Source of the DNA: Octopus bimaculoides
Taxonomy: Eukaryota
Direction of reading: 5' to 3'
DNA: 36,915 nt
Assembly: GCF_001194135.2 (NCBI RefSeq)
Contig: NC_068999.1
Coordinates: 19,738,342 to 19,775,256 of the forward strand
In this document: positions 10,555 through 22,696 of the stretch, piece after piece
Layout: every line of letters starts with the position of its first letter
Position numbering within the stretch: the stretch's first letter is position 1
The notes under the pieces: model-generated
What the model saw: only the letters and a program-made list of their open reading frames with translations
Database searches by the model: none
What the model was told of the DNA's origin: nothing
Position numbers and translations under genes: made by a program

Positions 10555-11959
10555 AAAAGCTTTAATGTTCCTACTAGTTACATCACCCCGTTTCACTTTT
10601 AAACATATCTGCTCCAGCTGGTATTCATTTTCATTTCAGCTGCATTTAAACATTAAGACCAATTCAGAAAGGGAATGCATTCATTATTTGGTGGCGATGA
10701 AATATGAAAGTTTTAAGGATTGATAATAATGTCCGACAAATTAATCGAATGATAGCTTTACGTCTACATAGTCGTGATATCGGATAATGTTTGATTCCAC
10801 TCTAACATTTATTCATTTATTATAAAGTCTTCAATAAAGTCTACAATAAAGTAGTAAAATATTGTATTAGGTATCATTAACTATACATATTCCAAACATT
10901 GGTGGCCATATAACTTACTTTTCGAAAACATTATTTACTTACTCATTTCAGCACGGAATGAAACATAACATGTTTGAAATCATTTGTAACAAACGTTTGT
11001 GACTTACAGATAATACAATCTTTATTTTATTTGTTTCCAGCCTCAGAACGGTAACTTTTATAAAGTTCCTCTATCTGCTATAAATAGCAATTAAAACTCT
11101 TGTAAAATTACCACATAACATATATTATTTATTTTACAAAAATATTTTTTAAAAATGAAAGATTAGGTTTTCTATTTCCATATACAACCTATGAAACCTG
11201 AAGATCATATCTGGGAAGCTTTTTATCATAGGTTTTACTCAATCAGAGATTGCCTGCAGTTAAACAGCGCCAGCAGCTATGAACATAATCTTTAAAAGAA
11301 AACAAACTAACTACAAAAACGCCTTTTATTGTACGTTTCCGAAATATTAGATTTCTCCGAATACACTGCGATCAGATGTAAATCCATGCTGACATAGAGC
11401 TAGAATTCAGTGAGTGGAAAGCAATAGAACGATAATAATAAGTAAAATAAGTTATCTATTTCAACTCTTAAATTGAAACATTAAACTGTGGTGTCAATGC
11501 ATTCTGTTCAATGATTCAAAGAATTATAGATAACGTAAGGAGGAAGACATTTACAAATGGTCTAATAATCAATTCAGACTTTGTATTCCGAAACGGATTG
11601 TATTCCACTTCATTTAGTATTTATTAGACTGCGATGGATTTCTCCTTATTTCGAATACAACCATCTTCGACTTCAAAGCATGTTGACCCATGCAAGTCTA
11701 ATATACACATACAAACACACATGCACACACAGTAACGCATGCGAACTCGTTCGCATACAAAGTAAGATGATCGCATTTATACACACATGTATAAATGTAC
11801 GTATCCGTGTGCGTATGAATTCGTTTCACACATATACATACTAAATAACTCTATTGTGCGCCCATAGCTATAAAGCTATGAATTCCAATCGTTTGATTTC
11901 CGCTTATTTGAAATCGTCATTCATTTACTCAACTCATGTGGATATGAGTAATATGAGAG

Positions 11960-12337
11960 AAAGGAATACACATGAACAAAGAAACACCCACTCATACACA
12001 TAAATATATGCACACATGCACACTGATACACACATCTGTATACATATGTATGTACCTGTGTATTGCATGTACATTCACACACACACGCATACACATACCT
12101 ACGTATATGTAAATGTATACATATATAAATAAATATACATACCCAGATAGAATTATATACGTGTGCGTGTGTGTTTATGTATGTACAAATGTATTTATGC
12201 ATAAGCACACACACTCACTCATAAATATATTCATACATGCATATATACGCACATATATGTATGTGCGTTTGTGTATACATGTATTTATATATTCGTGAAG
12301 ACACATATGAATACATTCATACATACATACACACACA

Positions 12338-12380
<43 letters not shown>

Positions 12381-12530
12381 ATGTATATATACATATGCAT
12401 ATATATATATTTGTGTATATATATATATATTTGTATTTATATATATGTATACATATATATATATATATATATATATANNNNNNNNNNNNNNNNNNNNNNN
12501 NNNNNNNNNNNNNNNNNNNNNNNATATGTG

Positions 12531-12586
<56 letters not shown>

Positions 12587-12598
12587 CACATATATATA
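11960..12598. repeat. Degenerate (CA)/(TA)/(TG) low-complexity tract including N gap 12478-12523
   Basis: Direct reading; this tract produces the YIYI/THTH/CVCV pseudo-ORFs. Confidence 0.9.
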
Positions 12599-13186
12599 AG
12601 AAATCGATTTATATTCGTTTTGCTTCGAAGCTTGCAACCAAAAATAAAATAAAATTAAAATGATATTACAGAAGCAAAAATAAAAGAAATGAAATAAAAA
12701 CTATTCTATTTGAACTTGTAATCTGCTTCTTCTAAAAATCACTTCATGGTTACATAACTTTTATGTGTGTTTTTTCCGTTTTTAAGTGTTCATTTGAATT
12801 GTAGAATATTCTTACATCTGATTAATTGCAACTTTCCTTATGCAACACTTTCGAGCTGTATAAATACCCGAATCCCATGTTTGTATTTTAATTGCATGCT
12901 TGGTAGGAACTTAAATAAATTGCCTCTATATCTCTGTTTTCATTCAGATTAGTTATCCCTGGAGACACAAGTAAAAAAAAACTAAAAATGCAAGTGCTTA
13001 TTGTTTTCTTCCCTTTTTAAAGATTGTCTGTTTTTTTGGTTTCATTTTGTAAGAAAACTCACCTCAGAATTCTGCCACAATATGGTGAAATGGTAGAAAT
13101 TCATCTCTCCCATTTCGTTTCAATTTTCTGAAAACATATTTCCAGATCTATATTTCGTAACGCAGTATTCATGCTTGGATGGTATT

Positions 13187-13293
13187 CGTGGCTGTGTGGT
13201 AAGAAGTTTGCTTCCCGCCGACATGGTTCTGAGTTCAATCCAACTGCGTGACACTTTTGGTACGTTTTCTTTATCATAGCCTTGTATATACAT

Positions 13294-13344
<51 letters not shown>

Positions 13345-13750
13345 NNNNNNNNNNNNNNNNNNNNNNNNNNNNNNNNNNNNNNNNNNNNNNNNNNNNNNNN
13401 NNNNNNNNNNNNNNNNNNNNNNNNNNNNNNNNNNNNNNNNNNNNNNNNNNNNNNNNNNNNNAATGTCCAAAAGAAAAGAAAGACAGAGGAAAAATATCGC
13501 CAACTATCTACATGTGGTTACATGTGTGTCTTTGCTTCTGCGTGTGTCCCCTACCATCGCTTGACAACCGGAATTAGTGCGTTTAAGTCCCCGTAACAAA
13601 GTGCTTCAGCAAAAGGGATTGATAGACTAAGTACGAGGCTTCAAAAGAGAACTAAGTATTGCCTTCCATTCATTCACTTGAAAACTCTTCAAGGCGGGGG
13701 GGGGGGGCTCCCACATGATTGCACTCCTGATGATTGAAACGATAAAGGTT
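13187..13750 (+). mobile_element. Near full-length tRNA-derived SINE with internal (CA)(TA) expansion and gap 13345-13461
   Basis: The head has an A-box-like tggctgtgtggtaag and a B-box-like gagttcaatcc. The 3' body ccatcgcttgacaacc...tccccgtaac...cagcaaaag...gatagactaagtac...tgattgaaac is complementary to 5722-5938. Confidence 0.75.
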
Positions 13751-14099
13751 AAATGGTGTATATCTAGGGTATAGAAGCGAATGCTGTTTGCGAATATAAA
13801 CGAGATCACGTCGAAACGTCTTTGCATTTAATGTGCTTGCTTAAAGTTGAATTATTGTACTTCACATGAAATCCTATTTCACCGTCTTATGAAAATTGAA
13901 TAACAGAAAATAATTGAGTTACCCCCTCTCCCGAAATTGATGACATTGTACTATAATTTGATATCAATATTTAAATCGCAATAATAATCCGAAAAATCTC
14001 GGCTAGATACAGTTGCGGTCTCCACCGCAGTCCAACTTCATATAAAAACTACGACAGGAAAGAATTCTTTCGTATTTTGTCACAAATTCAGCAATTTTG

Positions 14100-14265
14100 T
14101 CGGAGAGGTATTGTCGATTACAACGGCCTTAGTGCACAACCGGTAAATATTTTTTCGATCTCCGAAACGATTAAACGGAAAGCCGAACTCAGTGACATTT
14201 GGACTCAGAGCGTTAAGAGCTGGATGATTCGTTAGCACGTCCGTGGTTCTTCCAGCTTACCACCT
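14100..14265 (-). mobile_element. SINE, degenerate copy
   Basis: gtcgattac...ttttcgatctccgaaacgattaaacggaaagccgaactc...tttggactcagagcgt...gttagcacg...accacctt. Confidence 0.6.
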
Positions 14266-14294
14266 TAAACACATAAAGTAATGATTGCAAACTT

Positions 14295-14500
14295 TGGCTC
14301 AAAGCCAGCAATTTCAGGGGAGGGGGATAAGTCGATTACTTTGACACCAGTACTTAGCTGTTACTTATGTTATCGACCCCGAAATGATGAAAGGGAAAGT
14401 TGCCCTCAGCGGAACTTGAGCTGACAACGTAAAGACAGACGAAACAACGCTAAGTATTTTGCCCGGTAGGGTAACGATTCTGCCAGGTCGCCACATTTAA
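14295..14500 (-). mobile_element. SINE, tandem to the previous copy
   Basis: aagtcgattactttgacaccagtact...tatcgaccccgaaatgatgaaagggaaagttgccctcagcggaacttgagc...acgtaaagacagacgaaa...taagtattttgcccgg...aacgattctgccaggtcgcc. Confidence 0.8.
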
Positions 14501-16559
14501 AACGCATAAACTAATAATGGTAAATAAATAAATAACATTAGCAGTCACGAAAGTCACGGTTGGTATGTTTTTGTGCTGGGCGATCGCGTGTAACATAGAG
14601 TTAAACAACTGCAACAGCAACAGCGCATGGGCTGAGGAAGATCTGTTTTAAAGTTTCCAACAACATATTTGTTCTCCTGTTTATTCTCCTAGCAAATGCA
14701 AAATACCGTGAGAATGTGTAAAAAGGTAAGATAAGAAAATTATACTGAATATAGGCGAAACAGATTACACTACAAATGTTTAAGAAATACGGAGAAAATG
14801 GAGTTGCAAGATCATGAATAACTGCAAACAAAAACTGATAGTTTTGTTTCGGGTATCGTTAGTACTCATATACTATACTGTTAGATCGGTAAGTATCTAT
14901 CTGTGTTTTAATAAGTAAACAGTGAGTAAATAATTTTAAAAAATGAGGTGTTGGTTAATGTTACGTCAACACAGAAAGTTACAGATTAGTATATCCAGAA
15001 AAATAATAAGCTTGATATTGAACATGTATGTATTGATTTGTCAGATAAATGTGTTCATTTTTTTCTTTTGTTATATAATTAACGCAAAACATTTTTATTG
15101 CAGATGGTATGTTCATCTTTTGTAACGCTATTCTTCCTTAAGAATTCCTTTTATCGGCTTGGACGTTTGAAGACGTTTTACATCGTATCGGTTATATGGT
15201 GATGTAGTGGCAAAACGAGCTTTTTTGACACCTGATTCCATTGGGTTTTAATGAAATTTCCCAAGCTGCTTGAGAAAAGAGTGATGTTTACTGACAAAAC
15301 GCTATTGTTGCAACAATAGCTCTGAAATCAAACTTCACGGTGGAGAAATTCAAACTCAGTGACTCTTCGCGTTTCAGCTACACTGTTCGGCTCAATGACG
15401 ATTAATTGAACAAGATCTTCCAAGAGGAGCTGCACCAGTACACTAGGGGTGCTCTCGTCATACCGTTTTCTGTTAATTTTACTGGATGGTAATCCAGCTG
15501 AAATAACCCGGCAGACGAAAACAACGCTTGCGCAAAGGTAACTAATTTGAACTAAATTACTATTCAAGAACGCGATTAGGAAGTTCTACTCGCTCCCTGT
15601 ATTCTACTAATATAGTGCCTGCAAATTATTATCTTTTTTGCTCGTTGTTCAACAGAAAATGAAGCATTTCTATAAACTACAACGCGAAGAAGAATCGTGG
15701 CTCGATGAATTCTTGGCTCGAGATCAGCAGATTTCCACCCTCAAGATATAGACGAGTAAATAGAAACTTGGCAAAAAGTTGTGAACACTGAAGAATATAT
15801 TATTGATTGACTTATTAAAATTGTTGTAGAAAATAGGGAATAAAATGAGAAAAAAACAAACTACGTCTGGCAAACAAAACATATATATAAATACATATCC
15901 ATTTACAAATACACACAGACAAACATACACACATATATATACTACGTACTTATGTATCCATGTATATATGTCTCTATTCAGGAGCATCCTTCGAGTAATT
16001 AAGAAAGTAAGCGGAAGAAATTGGGGGAATGAAGAGCGACTAGAGGAACTATTGATTACTTTAGACATTGGATCTGGAAGAATAAGCAGCACCATTTTTA
16101 TTTGATTGGTAGCATGGATATTAGCCTACCGTTGCAAAGAGAGAATTCTAGTAGTACTAAATGGTGGATAAAAACTGAAAGTACTTAATGTAGAGATCAG
16201 CGGTAGGCACAGGCATCAGTCGCCACTATGATATCAAGCGGAGGAGAGTTGAATATGTCTGGAATGCTTCAAAGTAGGTGACGGTATTTGGGCGAAAATG
16301 GACGAGTAGAGACAATTGTAGCACCAGTAGAAAATCCTGCGAGAGAGAGGGAGTGAGAGGGAGAGAAGAAGAGAGAAGGAGGAAGAAAAAGAGAATAAGG
16401 ATAGACAGAGAAAGAGAGCCTGAGTGGTAGAGGCTGATCTTTCCTCAGAAACACTTAATGCTACTCAGATGAGTTGTCCGTTTCCTTGATATTCCATATG
16501 ACGCCAGAATATACCACTACAACAAAAATGCCAGAAAGAGGCGCAATGCAACATTTTGT

Positions 16560-16760
16560 TTGTGAAAGTTTTTTTATATACCACCAACAAATTTGTGGTA
16601 CCAAACATATGACCATGGAATGAAGGGTGGATGCTAGAATACAGCTGAAAGAAGCCAAACTACATATCTCCATTTGAGTACATTTTCGAGATTTTTGCTT
16701 AAGAAGGCAGTGTGCATTTGACAAATGAGTGTTGAACGGATTGCTAACATTAGAATGCAT
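16560..16760 (+). mobile_element. Possible decayed RTE-type RT C-terminal relic
   Basis: Scattered motifs CGTKHMT, FRDFCLRR and VHLTNE resemble YGSETWT, FH.RCLRR and VTNEEVL. The frames are broken. Confidence 0.25.
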
Positions 16761-17789
16761 TAATGAGTTGCGCCACCTATGTAAAACTGGGTATTGTTGG
16801 ATATGTGTGTGTGTGTGTGTATGTGTGAGGGGGAATAAATTGACCTATAACAGGAGTAGCATATACGACAAAATCAAGCTGTAGGGAATCACTGAAATTA
16901 AAAGTTTGAAAGAGAGAAAAAGCTCAGTGAATACAAGATGCCAGAGTGTCATCTGACCAGGAAACTACCAATCCAACACATAAGCACTCAGTTTTAGAAG
17001 AAGATTCCTATTCTAGACACGTCGAATATAACGTAATTATTTTCATCAAACTTCTCCGAGGCAAGCTCCTGCTGAAAGTTAACGAGGAAGAGAAAGCCAA
17101 CAGTGCATCTGGTTCTATGGAAACAGCATTGGTGAAACAAAATATTACTTATGAATCTAGCAATTACCTTAGAGTATTAGAATGTAATATGACAGGTATT
17201 GCAGATGTTCGATAAAACCCTTACGCTGGTAACATCTTAATACATTTAGATGCCGATTATGCAGAATCAGAAAACTACGCAGTCATCCTTGAGAGCAAAA
17301 GAGAGACAGATGAATGAAATGTGGTAAGGTGGAGCGGGATGAAAACTATAAAAGAAAGTAACGTGTAGAAATGTCAGTAGGTAAATCATTAATATTAATC
17401 ATCACGTTTGGAGTGGTCCATAAATATTTAATGTAATATGGCACAACATAAATTGATTGTTTGGAAGACGTCGTGTCAAAACAAAATGATCCCTCGTCGT
17501 TGCTGTTATAATTTGAAAACCCTGATGTTCATTTTCTTAGACTTGTATTTTCGGAGCTGATATGCTGAAACATTTTCAGATTTTTCAAATAAAGAATGTT
17601 TATGAAAGCCTTTTTATTATATATTATATATTTATATATAATATATTTACTTACCGACAAATTCCTTTTTGATACTATCAGCGAATGTGAGATCATTAAT
17701 ACGCGATATATATTAAAATTTTGATGTGGCTGAAATTGCTTCCTGTCATTACTCATCCTGAACATCAGCCCACCTGCAATCATCATCCT

Positions 17790-18110
17790 CATTCCTCATC
17801 ATCATCATCATCATCATCATCAGTATCATCAAGTGTCTGTCCTGATTCACAAGACCTTCGTCTTTTACCAACTTCATCTTCCATATCATATGATACCTCC
17901 TCATGACTGCATTTAGTGTCATGCTATAACTGATCATTACAGCTAGTCTCAAAGTGTCCGATATACATTTGACTAGGTAAAGTGCTACAAAAGGAAGTTG
18001 TGCCTGATCAACTCTTTCTTACTCTCAAGCAGTGTCTAGCAAAATCACCTTTTCTCCTTCTAATGCGTTGTCTACTTGCGACAGTTATTTCCCTGACATA
18101 ATTTCATCAG
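17790..18110 (-). mobile_element. RTE-like LINE 3' end with (TGA)n tail
   Basis: Minus translation QRIRRRK..FARHCLR...DQL*HDTKCSHEEVSYDMEDEV resembles the RTE ORF2 C-terminus (IR.RRL.FAGHC.R...D.L..DT...EL...M.DR). It is followed directly by a (TGA)n tail at 17790-17822. Confidence 0.55.
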
Positions 18111-19261
18111 TACAATGCATGGAGTTATATGGGGCATCCGGTATAGTTTCAAATACATTATGACAGTCCACATAAAAGAAATATAAATTAACAGAAATTC
18201 AACTACAGTCCAGAAGTTATTTTTCATATTCTCTGACATATTTTGTAATTTGTAAATTTAAATCAAATTTTAATGTAACATTTGGCTGCATAAAATATGA
18301 CGAAATATCTCTTGGACAATGTCAAAATGGTATTAAAATAGCAACGTATTGTGCGAATTAAAGTTAATCTATTTATGCATCTCACACCCGATAATTTTGA
18401 AATGCTATATTGAATTCACGTTAAATGATTATTTTCGGTATTGTATTAAGTTATCTCTTTGGATAATTTGTCTCCAAGTTGTTGACATCACAGTAGACGA
18501 AATAACGTCTGAACATCTGTGAATTTATTTGCGCTTTTAAGCATTTTACCAGAACCGTTTCATCATGCTTGCATCGAATGTTGCAGCACTACAATCATGG
18601 TGGTAGAAAGCATAATAAACACTCTCCTCTAATATAAACAGACGTAAATATTAGGGCCATATATGGACAAAGAGAAAGAAAAAGGTTGTAAAATTACAGG
18701 CAACAAAAGCCTAAAGTTATCCAGACAAGAGGAAGAAAACAATAGCAATTTGTCTTGATTTGAAAGTTCACACAGCCATGTAAATAGTGTGTACATTCGT
18801 TCTATGCTTGGCAATGTTGAAGCTTTTGCAAACAAATCTATCGTTCGCAAACGTATAATGACTCTCCTCACACAAAACATAGACTGAAAGCGAAACACCC
18901 GGATGCATTTTGTGGTCTGGATGGACTTCATTCAGAAAGTATTTCAGAATTAATCACTAGAGGGAGAGAAAAAAAGGCACATATCTACGTATGGCAGAAC
19001 CAAAAGCGTTCGTTTGTTACATAAATTCTCCTTCTACAAGATGCGAGAGAGCCCTTCAAAGAGTGAGATCATGCTTGTTGGCGTCACGTTTGCTTCTAAA
19101 CTGACAGGGTGACAGCACAAAACTAAAATGGACGAGAAAAATCAGCTCCTGAAATGAAGCAGCACCGTGCCACTGAATAAATAAACAAAAGTAACAAATA
19201 GTAATTCAAATCATTAATATTTCTTATTGTTGTTGTTATTATATGAATATTGTTGTTCTTA

Positions 19262-19420
19262 TTAAGGCGGTGAGATTGCAGAATCGTTAGCACGCCGGTT
19301 TCAATGTTCTCAGTTAAAATTCTACCGCGGTCAACCTTGCTTTTTATCCTTATACAACTGGGCTCGATATAATCGATTAATCCCTCCACAAAAATTGCAT
19401 GCCTTGAGTATTGATAGAAA
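19262..19420 (+). mobile_element. Internally deleted SINE
   Basis: aaggcggtgagattgcagaatcgttagcacgccgg...aaattctaccgcggtcaaccttgctttttatcc...ctgggctcgatataatcgatt. Confidence 0.7.
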
Positions 19421-19473
19421 GGATTATTGTTATATGCATCAGTATTGTGGTAGTACAAGCAGCAACCGTAGCG

Positions 19474-19474
19474 A

Positions 19475-19525
<51 letters not shown>

Positions 19526-19553
19526 GAGGAGGAGGAGGAGGAGGAGGAGGAGG
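19474..19553. repeat. (AGT)n(AGG)n compound microsatellite
   Basis: Direct reading. Confidence 0.95.
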
Positions 19554-20439
19554 GGTTACGTGGAAAAATTCAATGAAAATTTTGTGATTTTTATGGTTTG
19601 CTTGAATTTAATGTCATTTTAACTATATAACGCCTTCAGACGACGCATTGGCTATTAACACCTATTTTTTTTTCAAGATATTTGATTAATATGCTTACAT
19701 GTTTTTGTCACGTAGTTCAAATTTACAAGCTAATGTTTATTATAGAACTGTTTTTTTGTGAAAAACAACTATGTTCAATTTATTCTAATCTGTTGTTCTG
19801 CTATCCGTTCGACTAAATTCGTAATGGCGACCAGTCAGGAAAGTAATACCTATCAAAACAAAAATTAAAAAATACTATATTGTGAATATGAAGCAGAAGA
19901 AATTACGAATGTACCAACTTTACAAAAGTGACTACATGATTAAAAAGTAGCAAAACATTTTCAGAAAAAAAAAAAATTCTAAGTGATGCTGCGAATATAC
20001 TTAGCGATAATTACAAAAACAACATTAATAATTTCGACACTCAGAGCAGACAAACTTCTTCAAACATGAAATGAAAATATGAATGAATTTTCGCATCTGT
20101 AGCATATCTCATTTCTTGTGATCCATCATTTTAAATACCAAAATACAATATAAATTGTACTACTGATTGAATGTGTCCCTAAGAACCCTATTACCTTGCA
20201 CGAAGAAAATATTCTAAGGGCGACATGTAGGAAAATTATCACCTTTTGTCTCAAAAAATTAGTGAATTATTCTGATTAAAGAACGATTTATTGGTAGCCC
20301 AATTTCTTGTCGTGAATCCTACGAAAAACATTCATTTATAATGAGCAAAAGTGTTTTGTTAATTTGATCACCTCCTCGTTAAAATCAAAGTAGCCTGGAT
20401 AGGTGCATAGTGTACCGCATTTAAAGTATCGAACTTTAC

Positions 20440-20550
20440 AAAATGCCACGTGAGAGGAGGTATTTTTGCTCACGCCAACCAGTTCAAAAATACAAGCCAC
20501 GTTCTTGAGATCGAGTGTTCAACAACCTAACCACAAATCCATGCGTCTTC
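20440..20550 (-). mobile_element. Degenerate SINE head (same family as 28850 and 32820)
   Basis: Minus strand gtgaagacgcatggatttgtggttaggttgttg...gatctcaagaacgtgg...tgagcaaaaatacct resembles the heads of the better-preserved copies. Confidence 0.45.
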
Positions 20551-20711
20551 ACACCATTTCTATATAGAGAATGGCAAATAATATGAAATACTTTTGTCTG
20601 TCCTTCAATACAGTCAAATATAAAGACTATACGAAAAATGCAGGCCTATGGAAACTCCTGTCATATTATATTGGTGAAAAAAAAATGGCACAAGTCAAAG
20701 AAGTATGGGAC

Positions 20712-20880
20712 CTGGATAACTCGAATACATCGACATCAGCTGGTATTTATTGTATCGACCCCAAAAGGATAAAAGACAAATTAGATCTCGGCGGAATTCG
20801 GACTCGGAACGTGAAGACGGACAAAAAGCTTAGAAGAATTTTGCCCAGCGCACTAACGATTCTGCCAGTTAGCCGCCTCC
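20712..20880 (-). mobile_element. SINE
   Basis: tatcgaccccaaaaggataaaagacaaattagatctcggcggaattcggactcggaacgtgaagacggac...ttttgcccagcgcactaacgattctgccagttagccgcc. Confidence 0.8.
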
Positions 20881-22039
20881 GTGGCATATTACTTGAGTGT
20901 GACAATTAAAGCACGGCAAAATATATTTTGTTGCAGCTCAATGGAACCTTTTCGAAACATTACGGTCAACAGCAGGTTCACAATATACGCCATTTCAGAA
21001 ACTAATAGATTTGCAGGCAGGAATAGGTTCATTTCACAACTGTGCTGGGAATTTTGTTGCCGTGAAGAAAAGAGGGATAGATCAAAGGAAAATATACAAC
21101 TGTTATCCATGTTTTACTCTTATTGTATTCTAGCAATTTCGCTCCTAGGAACGGGAAACAAGGTAAAATAATGAATAAGTCAACGAGATTTCAATAGCAC
21201 TATCGGTCATAATTCCCGCCCTAGCGGAAGCGGATAACCCATACCCAGCATTTGACTATATTGGTTTAAATGTTTGGCACATGACCAGCAAGTTCACTTT
21301 TACGAAATGTCTCGTTCTACAGTATAACCACCGCTATCCAGTTCACTCCAACCAGCAGTAACGATCCGTCTATTCTGAGAATGGGTGACATATACCAGAA
21401 ACTGATTTGGAATAGCTAACTGACGCAGAAAGGAGAAGAAAATGTACAAAAAATGGGAAATTGTGATCTGAAATCGTGAAACGTTCAGCGAAAATTGTCA
21501 ACAACCGTGGGGTAACATACGTTCTAATGGCAAAAACTTCTAACTAGTTAACTGGAAAACAAACGCTGCAAATAAATGATTGACGGCGTTGACAAATATT
21601 TGGGTATCCTAAATTCAAATTGAGCCATATTTGGACGTAACATCGAAAGCGCTGAGTTTCAATACGAGATAAAGCAGAAGGGCCAGTTTCCAGGGAACGA
21701 AAATCCAAATCGACTACAAGAATCTCTCAAGTGTTTTTCCGAGAGACCCTGATTGTATTCTATGTAATTTTAAAACATCTCTTTCATTTATGATTTCTCT
21801 AATATTAGTTATATACGCTATGTTCTGTATTTCAGATAGAATATCTGGCTGGTATAATATCCTAATCCCACTAAAATTTTATGTAATCTTCCTTTGTTTA
21901 AATATATTTGTTGGTGTTACAGCCCCAGTTTTGAAGATTTCACTATGTAAGATTATATAACATTGAATGAACTTGCTCTGAGTGGTTGAACATATAAAGA
22001 GGAAATATTTTTCCTTACGATTCCTATAGTTAATACAGT

Positions 22040-22198
22040 TCTATATTTAAAAGATGAGGAATTATGTACATTATTTACATTTGACAGATGTTAGTCCTCA
22101 TCTTGTTAGTTGTTAACAATGTTTCGGCTGATATACCCTCCAGCCTTCATCAGGTGTCTTGGGGAAATTTCGAACCTGAGTTCTCATTCCTAAGGTAT
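22040..22198 (-). mobile_element. Penelope-like element terminal (pLTR-like) fragment
   Basis: Non-coding segment carrying a minimal hammerhead motif, which is an established hallmark of PLE pLTRs. It resembles a common octopus repeat as I recall it. No ORF is retained. Confidence 0.55.
22113..22160 (-). ncRNA. Degenerate minimal type I hammerhead ribozyme motif
   Basis: Minus strand reads gacac-CTGATGA-a-GGCTG-gagggtatat-CAGCC-GAAAC-att-gtt: core boxes CUGAUGA and GAAA with a perfect 5-bp stem II. Stem III and stem I are imperfect. Confidence 0.6.
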
Positions 22199-22213
22199 TA
22201 GGAATGAGATATT

Positions 22214-22233
22214 AGTATTATTATTATTATTAT

Positions 22234-22270
<37 letters not shown>
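22214..22270. repeat. (TAT)n(TAG)n compound microsatellite
   Basis: Direct reading. Confidence 0.95.
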
Positions 22271-22272
<2 letters not shown>

Positions 22273-22696
22273 AATGAGGACGATATAGAGGTGGTAGTTG
22301 TGCAATATAATGCACACACTGATTTTGATCATAAATTTCCTTTTAACAGTATACTTCCCTCTTACACGAGATCGTACTAAGATCATAGCAATGAAAGATG
22401 AAAACATTACTACAAAAATAAATCTGTTTACAAGTTTGTCTTGTTCTTAATTCGTTAAAACAAGAAAAATACGGGAGAAACAGTTAGTAAAAATCTTTCG
22501 TGTAAACTTGATGGAAATCTCGTGTTATGTGTTCATTCTTCAAGAGCGGGACGCATGTAGCCTATAAAAATATTTCTCGTCGTGTATTTTTCAACTTTGA
22601 AAATTCGGTTTGTTCTTGTTCGGCATCGTCGTCATTCATTTTCATTTTTTTTCTCCATCTTCCTTTTTCTTCTTCTTCTTGTTATTAGTATTGATT

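Noticed and set aside
13187-13260. tRNA-like heads here and at 28850 and 33130-33190 as tRNA genes
   Set aside because: They have degenerate A/B boxes but no complete cloverleaf, and they continue into SINE bodies.
11921-13596. Many YIYI/THTH/CVCV ORFs
   Set aside because: These are translations of microsatellites and gaps.
15133-15250. 38-aa minus ORF with KKARF and KGILK, resembling PP1-docking motifs
   Set aside because: It is too short, KKARF does not fit RVxF, and there is no supporting gene structure.
15656-15750. HFYKL..DEFLARD resembling Speedy/RINGO
   Set aside because: The spacing differs, the conserved SDKYLLAM is absent, and a stop follows.
16946-17215. 89-aa ORF ending CNMTGIADVR as an APE endonuclease relic
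   Set aside because: Only one weak motif; the other endonuclease motifs are absent.
18629-18950. 100-aa minus ORF and a plus-frame YIRSMLGN resembling a LINE endonuclease start
   Set aside because: The similarity is too weak to support a call.
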